A stretch of DNA of 64,000 nucleotides from Flavobacteriaceae bacterium. Its GTDB lineage: Bacteria; Bacteroidota; Bacteroidia; Flavobacteriales; Flavobacteriaceae. Numbering within the stretch: the first letter of the stretch is position 1; each line of letters starts with the position of its first letter. The notes below the pieces were generated by a model. That model was not told where the DNA came from. It worked only from the letters and a program-made list of their open reading frames with translations, and did not search any database. The stretch is taken from contig JAYQML010000002.1 in assembly GCA_038143735.1 (NCBI GenBank), forward strand, positions 224,992-288,991, given 5' to 3'. The position numbers were made by a program, and so were the translations under genes. Shown here piece after piece: positions 47,497-56,476 of the stretch.

Positions 47497-50400
47497 ATGA
47501 AAATACTAGGGTTAGATATTGGAAGTTCATCTTTAGGATGGTTTATCAGAGAAAATAATTCGATAATAAAATATGGAGTTATTACATTTAAAAGTGGGAT
47601 GAAAAAGGGTAAGAGTGGTGGATATTCTTCACCAACTAGAGAAAGACGAGAGGACAGATTGCCTAGAAACTTGAAAAGATCTAGGAAATTCAGAAAATGG
47701 AAATTACTTGATTTACTAATAAAAATTGGGATGGTTCCACTTTCAATGAAAGAACTAGATGGCTGGAGAAAATATAAAAAAGGCCAAAATAGACTGTTTC
47801 CTGAGAGCAAAAATTTTAAATCTTGGTTAGCTTGTGATTTTAGATACCAAGATGGCAAAAAATATAAAAATCCATATCAAATTAGAGTAAATGGGCTAGA
47901 TCAAAAATTAAGTCCTCATGAATTTGGAAGAGCACTTTATCATCTTGTTCAAAGGAGAGGTTACAAGGATATTGGACAAAAAGATAACGAAACAAAAAAG
48001 CAAATTGAAAGACGTGAAGATACAGGTTTTGGGAAGCGTTAAAAAAATACAGAACTGTAGGCGAAACATTATTAAAGGATTACATTAAAAATAAAAAGAG
48101 AGCAAGAAATGAATATCCATATCGCAATGAATACTTGAATGAACTGGAAGCACTTTGTGAAGCACAGGGATATGATGTTAAAAAAGAAAACAATAAATAC
48201 ACCAATTCATTTATTAAACAGTTACACAAATTCATAATCTGGGAAAAGACCCTTGAAATTATCAATGGGGAAATATTGGCTATTGCACACTTGAGGAAAA
48301 GAGCAGAAGATGTCCTGTTTCTCACCCACTATTTGAGATTTTTAGGGCCTTTAGCTTTATCAATACAATTAGGATAGTTGAAAACAATGAAAAGATTACT
48401 TTAAGTGAATCAACTAGAGGACTATTATTCTTGTTTTTTCTGACCAAACAAAAGAATTTCAAATTTGAAGAAATAAGAAATAAAATAGATAAGATTACAA
48501 AAAAGAAAAACAAGTATAACTACCCCATAAACAAAAAAGGTGAGTACTATACTAATATTGCAGGAATGCCCTTCTGTAAAAATCTGATTAAGATTTTTGG
48601 AGAAGAAGTTATTGAACCTTTAAAAGATTTATACAAATTTGATTCTAATGATAAGAGATATGAACACAAAATAGCTGGCAAATATAGCATCTATGATTTT
48701 TGGCATTTTTTACATGATTTTGAAGATGATTTTTTGAAAAGTTTTACCTCTGATAAATTCGGGATTTCTGCAAAACAAATTGAAAACTATAGAATTAGTC
48801 TACCTAATAGTTATTCAAATCTAAGTATAAAGGCATTACGTAAAATCATCCCATTTCTAATGGAGGGATTCTTATATAATGAAGCCGTCTTGTTGGCAAA
48901 AATACCTGAATTTATTGGATTGAATTGGGAAATGAAAAAGCCATTAATCTATGAGAAATTAAAAAACGCTAAGGATAAGCATTCATTTATAGGCTTAGTA
49001 AATCGGATTACCAACAAACTAATTGAAGAATATAAGTCACTCGAGTATAAAAATAAATATGCTCATAATGATTTTATGTATAAGTTGACAGATTATGATT
49101 TCGAGGATATTGAAAAAATGTGCGAAAAATACTTTGGTAAAAATAGTTGGTTAGATTATGACCAAAAAGATGAACTATTAAAAGCCGTTAGTTTAGAATA
49201 TCAAAAATTTTTCCAAGACAAAAAACGTGACTACAGAAAGCTTCAAAAACTAAGTGATATTTTTAAAAGTGAGTTAACAAGTTTAGGATTAACTATTGGA
49301 AAACTTTATCATCATTCGGATTTGGATAATAAATATGGTAAATGTAAAGAGTTTCTGGACAAAGAAACAGGACAGGTGTTTGAGATTTTACCATCCGCTA
49401 TCATTCCAAGCATTAAGAATCCGATGTTTAATAAATCAATGTCAATTTTACGAAAGTTAGTGAATGAATTAATTGTTCAAGAATGGATTAATGAAGAAAC
49501 AAAAGTAATAATAGAAATACCAAGAGGACAGATTGATGACAATAATGAAAGAGAGGCCTACATACGTTACACTAATGAAAGAAATTCTATCAGAGAAAAG
49601 TACAGGAATTTCTACTAGAGTATCGTAATAATCATAATACAAATATAAATATTGAAGAAAAACTTTCTGTTTTTGAACTTTGGAATGAACAAGCTATAAA
49701 AACAAAGGAGGATCAATTAACCCCAGACGAGATATTAAAACTTCAAGATGCCACTGAACGTTACAATTTATGGATGGAACAGGAGGCACAATGCATTATA
49801 CTGGGAAGATGATAAGTATTTCTCAATTATTTTCTAATGATATTGACATAGAACATACCATTCCAAGAAGCATTCTTCCAGATAATTTGGCAAATAAAAC
49901 CGTATGTTTTAAAAGATACAATAACGACATTAAGAATTACCGTAAATCTGAGTGTCCAAATTTTAGTAAAGATGATGGCGGGTTGGGGAAGAATTGACAA
50001 ACGACTAGAAAAATGGAAAGAAAAGAGAGACAATTTTGAAGCTCTTTATGAGCAAAGGAAAAAAGCAAGAGGAAAAGAAGATGAAAACAATAAGAATAAA
50101 CGTATAAGAGAAAGGATTTATTACAAACGAAAGTTCAATTATTGGAAAAAAAAAATTGAGCGATTTGAAGCAACAGAAGTTAATGAAAGTTGGGCTAGAA
50201 GACAACTTGTTGATACTCAAATGACCAGTAAGTATGCTCGAGAATTGGAAGAAAACGAAGTTTCAAAAGGTAGAAGTTGTTGATGCATCAATTAATGTTG
50301 CCTTTAGAAAAATGTATGGTTTTCAAAGTGCTAAAGAAGATAAAAATCGAGATAAACACTGGCATCACGTAAAGGACGCTGCAGTATTATCAATGTTGCC

Positions 50401-51750
50401 AGTAAATGGAAGTACCAGATTAAAGTTGATACGGCAAATGTATAAGAGAATAGAAAGGGTAAAGGAAGTTAAGGATTAACCCTTTTGATTTTGAAGATTT
50501 TAATGCACAAAAAATAATCTCTGAGATTGATGCTAATACTTTGGTTCAAAAAATTATTTCAAAAGACACCATTACACAACAAACATTTAAAAATATTAGG
50601 AAGCGAAACAAGATTCAATATCTCAAACGTAATGGTGAGTATGTAATGGATCAAAATCAAAACAAAATACCTCTAAAAGCTAAAGGGGATACAATTAGAG
50701 GGTCCATTTTTAAAGATACATTTATCGGAAAAATTCGAGAAGTTAAAAGAGACGAAAATGGTAAACCTATAAGAGATAAAAACAAAAAATTGATTTTTAA
50801 AGAGGGAAATGATGAATTTTCTTGGGTAGTTCGTAAAGAGCTTAAGGATGTAATCAATAACAGCCAAAGAATTGTTGATCCTGAAATTAAGAAAATTATT
50901 GAGAGAGATAAACTAAATGCAAAAGATCAACAAGGAAAACCAATACGCAGGGTACGTATTAAAGTCAAGCAAGGTAAAGAAGTAAAAAAGAGAATTAACT
51001 ATAAATCAAAACTTGAATATAAAAATCAATATTATGCCGAATCTGGTTCTATCCCACATGCATTATTACTAGAAGAAAGTGGCATGGGGATTATGTTACA
51101 GAATGGATCCCAATTCATGCCTTTCAAATAGCGCAGATATATAGAAAATATAAGGATTTTAATGAACATTTGTTTTTAAAAATGTTCGAATTAAATCATG
51201 AAAAAATCACGAACCGAAACTTTTAAAATTGGACAAAAAGTTCTAGTGCTAAATGATGACACAGAATATGAAAAAAGGGAAAATGTTGATTTTCAGAAAA
51301 ATCGACTTTTCAAAATAACCCAATTTTATGAAGAAAGGGTATATCTTAAGATCATTTAATTGCTTTAGATGAAAGCAAAATAAAAAAATTTGTTAAAGAA
51401 AGACAAGACTCATTGTTAAGAGAATTTGAAGAAACATATGGTATTCCAGAAATCAAAGAGGATACTTCAATTGAAAATATAAGTGAACGTGAAAAAGATT
51501 TTGATGATCGAAAATATTCATTTGATAGTTTTGAAAGATTTAGACTTCAAAGACTTTTAGATAAAATAGGTTTAGAGAAAACTAGGGAAATAAAAAAGTT
51601 CTAGGCAAATATAAAACTCAATCAAGTTTGATTGAAGTTGAGGGAGAAACACCTTTACTAAAAGTGAATGCAAATAAAATCAATTTTCTTATTGAAAATT
51701 ATGACTTCAAATTTTCAATACTTGGAGACCTAACATTTATTAATGATTAA
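47497..51750 (+). CDS. cas9: Type II-C Cas9 (about 1400 aa), broken by roughly ten frameshifts (errors or pseudogene)
   Basis: RuvC-I ILGLDIGSSSLGW, Arg-rich bridge helix, ALYHLVQRRGY, RuvC-II IIEIPR, HNH DIEHTIPRS..NKTVC, RuvC-III HWHHVKDA, C-terminus YDFKFSILGDL. Confidence 0.92.
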
Positions 51751-52630
51751 ACGTACTCTTTATTTTGGCAATGAAGCCTACCTCAGTACCCAAAAAGCAA
51801 CATTTGGTGGTGCGTTATCCAAAGTTGGAGGAGGTAAAAACCGTACCCATTGAAGATATTGGAATAGTACTACTGGACCATTATCGGTTAACCTTAACGT
51901 CAGCCTTACTCAACGCCTTGCTAGGCAACAATGTGGCTGTGATTAGTTGCGATGCCCAGCATTTGCCCTTGGGCATGTTTTTAAACCTGAACGGACATAC
52001 ATTACAACAAGAACATTTTGCGCACCAAATTAGGGTAACCAAGCCAAGAAAGACCGCTTATGGAAACAGTTGATTCAAGCAAAGATCACCAATCAAGCTG
52101 CGCTTTTATTGCGGAATGATCATCTTTCCCCCAAATTAAACCGTTTAAGTAAAATGGTTAAAAATGGGGATCCAGACAATTATGAAGCCCAAGCAGCCTC
52201 CTATTATTGGAAACATTTGTTTCATGACTTTCACTTCATACGGGAACGTTTTGGCGCAGCCCCCAATGGCTTATTAAATTACGGTTATACTATTTTACGC
52301 GGGGTGGTCGCCAGAGCTTTGGTCGGTTCGGGTCTATTGCCCACCTTGGGGATACACCATCACAACAAATACAACGCCTATTGTTTGGCCGATGATGTGA
52401 TGGAACCCTACCGTCCCTTTGTCGATGGACTGGTGGTATCGTTGGTGGAGCAGGGGAGGAAGGAACTCGATCAAGAAAGCAAGCAGTGGTTATTGAAAAT
52501 TCCTGTTTTGGATGTTCAAATCAACGGCCAAAAGAGTCCATTGCTACTGGCCGTACAACAAACCACCGCCAGTTTACAACAGTGTTATGCAGGGAAACGT
52601 AAGGGCCTTAAACTCCCGTCCTTTGTTTGA
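51743..52630 (+). CDS. cas1: Type II Cas1, frameshifted twice
   Basis: MIKRTLYFGN start, VPIEDIG, NGLLNYGYTILR, GIHHHNKYNAYCLADDVMEPYRP. Confidence 0.93.
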
Positions 52631-52957
52631 CCGATTTAATCAATACAGAATCATGTGGATCTTGGTCTTTTTTGATTTACCCACCGAAACCAAACGCGAT
52701 AAACGCCATTACCGCCAATTTGTAGATCGTTTGGAAAAAGATGGTTTTAATCGTTTTCAATGGAGTATCTTTTTACGGCATTGCCCAAGTCGGGAAAATA
52801 TGGAGGTACACATCAAACGAGTTAAAGGCTTTTTACCGCCCAAAGGACATATCGCTATTTTACATATTACTGACAAACAGTTTGGGATGATGGAACTTTT
52901 TTGTCTCAAGAAAAGGAAGATTTACCTGAAATGCCCCAGCAGCTAGAACTTTTTTAA
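52623..52957 (+). CDS. cas2: Cas2, frameshifted near 3' end
   Basis: RIMWILVFFDLPT, DGFNRFQWSIFLRHC, ITDKQFG, PQQLELF stop. Confidence 0.93.
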
Positions 52958-52981
52958 ATGATTAATACGTCTAACTAACAC

Positions 52982-53007
52982 AAAAACAGCACCCTAGCAG
53001 GGTGCTG
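52982..53007 (-). terminator. Terminator for the minus-strand pre-crRNA
   Basis: Perfect 9-bp stem CAGCACCCT-AGC-AGGGTGCTG; the A-run on + gives a U-tail on the minus strand; abuts repeat 1. Confidence 0.8.
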
Positions 53008-55524
53008 CTGTACTAATATACATTTTGAAATCTAATTACAACAATGTCCCAGCTCTTGGTGCTATCGGCGTAGCTGTACTATGGGGTTGTTTTAATTACT
53101 GAGGCTCTGGTGGCTGTACTTTCGTCAAAACGCTGTACTAATATACATTTTGAAATCTAATTACAACTAATTCATTGTGGTATTGATTGATGCGCCAGTT
53201 GCTGTACTAATATACATTTTGAAATCTAATTACAACTCCCAAGGTCCTTCTTTTTACTTAAAAGCTGTACTAATATACATTTTGAAATCTAATTACAACT
53301 GATGTATCAAAGCATAAATTTGAACAGCAGCTGTACTAATATACATTTTGAAATCTAATTACAACAGTAGCCCCGCTATCTATTAGATCGTCAATGCTGT
53401 ACTAATATACATTTTGAAATCTAATTACAACCTACCAAAAAGTAACCCAGATTAGTCCCAGCTGTACTAATATACATTTTGAAATCTAATTACAACACAA
53501 TTTTTGATAAATTCAATTAATTTGCTGTACTAATATACATTTTGAAATCTAATTACAACCTCAGAGAGCTTCCTTGTTTAAGATATGATTGCTGTACTAA
53601 TATACATTTTGAAATCTAATTACAACTTATTTTCGTTGGTAAATCCAACCAAATCCAGCTGTACTAATATACATTTTGAAATCTAATTACAACATCGTAC
53701 TAATTATTTTGGCAACTTGATCTAGGATTATTGACTAAGCTGTACTAATATACATTTTGAAATCTAATTACAACAAGAATCAGCGGCGCTTGAATCTGGC
53801 TGGCTGTACTAATATCATTTTGAAATCTAATTACTATCTTGCTGTACTAATATACATTTTGAAATCTAATTACAACAGCGCAAGTTGACTTACAGAAAGA
53901 AGCACAGCTGTACTAATATACATTTTGAAATCTAATTACAACTGTAGAAGTTGAATTTATAAAAGGTAGGTTGCTGTACTAATATACATTTTGAAATCTA
54001 ATTACAACTCATGACAGCTTTCTTTTGAGTTTAGACGCGCTGTACTAATATACATTTTGAAATCTAATTACAACACGAATCTCAAGGCGTGCACTACTAT
54101 TGCGGCTGTACTAATATACATTTTGAAATCTAATTACAACTGAAGGAAAACAGAGACCACATTATACATTGCTGTACTAATATACATTTTGAAATCTAAT
54201 TACAACACATAATTGCAGCGTTGATAATTTCGCGGGGCTGTACTAATATACATTTTGAAATCTAATTACAACAACAGTGGAACGACATTTACAATTGACA
54301 ACGCTGTACTAATATACATTTTGAAATCTAATTACAACATTGCGAAGCGTCTACTAAAAGGCGTTAAAAGCTGTACTAATATACATTTTGAAATCTAATT
54401 ACAACTGGGACCACAAAGTCCAATTTTAAAAGACGGCTGTACTAATATACATTTTGAAATCTAATTACAACAGTAGCCCCGCTATCTATTAGATCGTCAA
54501 TGCTGTACTAATATACATTTTGAAATCTAATTACAACGCAACGTAGGGGAGATGCTTATTTTATGTTGCTGTACTAATATACATTTTGAAATCTAATTAC
54601 AACGGGAGAAAACCGTCCAGTCCAATTGATGGGCTGTACTAATATACATTTTGAAATCTAATTACAACTATAACCGCAACGGTGGTTGATTTCTACATGC
54701 TGTACTAATATACATTTTGAAATCTAATTACAACCTTTGAGTAGTCGTTGATAAATGGTCTCAAGCTGTACTAATATACATTTTGAAATCTAATTACAAC
54801 CAATTGTATCTAGCCAATTGGGTTTTTGGCGCTGTACTAATATACATTTTGAAATCTAATTACAACTCATTTCATCAAAGACATTGTGGGGATCGGCTGT
54901 ACTAATATACATTTTGAAATCTAATTACAACCATTAAATGTTACTTGCTCTAGTTGAGGGGCTGTACTAATATACATTTTGAAATCTAATTACAACATGC
55001 TCTATTACAGTATCTGTAGCCAATATGCTGTACTAATATACATTTTTAAAATCTAATTACAACTGCTGGAGTTAAAGTAACCAAACACGGCAAGCTGTAC
55101 TAATATACATTTTGAAATCTAATTACAACTCCGACGAGCGTTTAAAAACGGTAGTGGGCGCTGTACTAATATACATTTTGAAATCTAATTACAACTGACT
55201 TTAACCACTACCCTAGAGGGTAAAAGCTGTACTAATATACATTTTGAAATCTAATTACAACACATAATTGCAGCGTTGATAATTTCGCGGGGCTGTACTA
55301 ATATACATTTTGAAATCTAATTACAACTAAAGATCCGAAGACATCACACGCTCTTCGGCTGTACTAATATACATTTTGAAATCTAATTACAACCCTCTGT
55401 CTCTGGTTGCGTAATCAGAGATGGCTGTACTAATATACATTTTGAAATCTAATTACAACTAGCGGTATTGTGATAAAATTTATTTTGTGCTGTACTAATA
55501 TACATTTTGAAATCTAATTACAAC
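53007..55524 (-). CRISPR. Type II-C CRISPR array: 38 repeats of 36 nt (one degenerate, one 37-nt variant) plus two truncated copies; spacers mostly 30 nt
   Basis: Repeat GCTGTACTAATATACATTTTGAAATCTAATTACAAC on +; orientation inferred from the tracrRNA anti-repeat and the terminator. Confidence 0.98.
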
Positions 55525-55592
55525 ACAAGGTGCACAGCTCAGAAATGACTGTATTTCCACTTTTGGGGTTAAACACACCTGACGGCGAACTC

Positions 55593-55623
55593 ACCGCCCA
55601 ATTGTACAATTCGGGCGGTTTTT
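55593..55623 (+). terminator. Intrinsic terminator-like hairpin
   Basis: ACCGCCC-AATTGTACAATTC-GGGCGGT followed by T-run. Confidence 0.7.
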
Positions 55624-55662
55624 ATATCTTTGAATAGCCTTCAAATTCTAATATCATGAATA

Positions 55663-55851
55663 ATGCATTTAAATAACACCATGCCCAACCTCAACCTCCA
55701 ACGTAGAAATGAAGCCGTCCGGACGTATGTCAATCAACTGTCCTCTACTTACCCGCATTGGAAGTTTGCCTATATCATAGCCAGAAAAGCTTTTTTATCC
55801 CCGCACCATAGAGGCCATCCTCAAAGAGGAGGGCGTGTTCAAAATAAATAA
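55663..55851 (+). pseudogene. Remnant of a small phage-like HTH-type gene (Mu-like prophage type)
   Basis: RRNEAVRTYVNQLSSTYPHWK...FLSP then, in shifted frame, TIEAILKEEGV; TATCTTTG box at 55625; family call from memory only. Confidence 0.5.
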
Positions 55852-55931
55852 CCCTTAAATTTTGTACATATGCCTTCAAAAATTAAAATTCCGCATTTTA
55901 CCATAGAGGCCATCCTCAAAGAGGAGGGCGT
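55805..55931 (+). repeat. Exact 32-bp direct repeat
   Basis: ACCATAGAGGCCATCCTCAAAGAGGAGGGCGT at 55805-55836 and 55900-55931. Confidence 0.95.
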
Positions 55932-55980
55932 ATGTATGCAAAAGTTAAAAATAATTGATATCTTTGTACTATCTTTGTAC

Positions 55981-56042
55981 CGGGAAAGGCTACGGCTCGT
56001 CCCACCCCATTAAGCGGCTGGGTAATGCCGCTTATTTTTTTT
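55981..56042 (+). ncRNA. Candidate small RNA of about 60 nt
   Basis: Tandem TATCTTTGTAC boxes at 55959 and 55970; terminator TAAGCGGC-N8-GCCGCTTA plus T8. Confidence 0.4.
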
Positions 56043-56160
56043 CATAGCGTTGAGCCTTACCCTTATATATAATAATGATCTCTTTAAATGGGCTGCCTCC
56101 TCTGAGTTGAATTTGTCCTTTAATCATTTCTTTTAAACGGGTTAGATCAATATCTCGGAC
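56032..56160 (-). pseudogene. 3' fragment of a gene, truncated at the long repeat; possibly a MuF-type C-terminal nuclease domain
   Basis: Open frame VRDIDLTRLKEMIKGQIQLRGGSPFKEIIIIYKGKAQRYEKK-stop, ending in a terminator. Confidence 0.4.
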
Positions 56161-56162
56161 CA

Positions 56163-56476
56163 ATTGTGCTAAAATACAATTTATTCATGCGAGTTAATTG
56201 GATAAATTGGAATTCATTAGTCGGCTACGCCTCGTATGAAATGCTTTAGCATTCACGACTACTTATTTCTCATATAGCAAAGTAGGAGTAAAGCGAATCA
56301 CAACATCAACCCACAAGCAGTTATCATCAGCCCTGCTGTACTAAAATACAATTTATTCATGCGCGTCTATTTGATACATAAGAATTTATTAGTCGGCTTC
56401 GCCTCGTATGAAATGCTTTAGCATTCACGACTACTTATTTATCAAATAGCAAAATAGGAGTAAAGCGAATCATAGC
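56163..56476 (-). CRISPR. Mini-array of two 142-nt composite repeats with one 30-nt spacer
   Basis: Copies at 56163-56304 and 56335-56476 (17 mismatches by hand, no gaps); ends resemble the 36-nt repeat; spacer ATCAACCCACAAGCAGTTATCATCAGCCCT. Confidence 0.8.

Noticed and set aside
47445-50867. Minus-strand ORFs within cas9 and similar antisense ORFs throughout the window
   Set aside because: They are shadow ORFs of real genes with no recognisable motifs.
55548-55580. Possible degenerate terminal CRISPR repeat (ACTGTATTTCC...TTTTGGGG...ACAC)
   Set aside because: The similarity is too weak and the implied spacer would be only 23 nt.
53007-56334. Self-targeting of sequences in this window by spacers
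   Set aside because: I saw no convincing match by eye. This is not excluded without an alignment.
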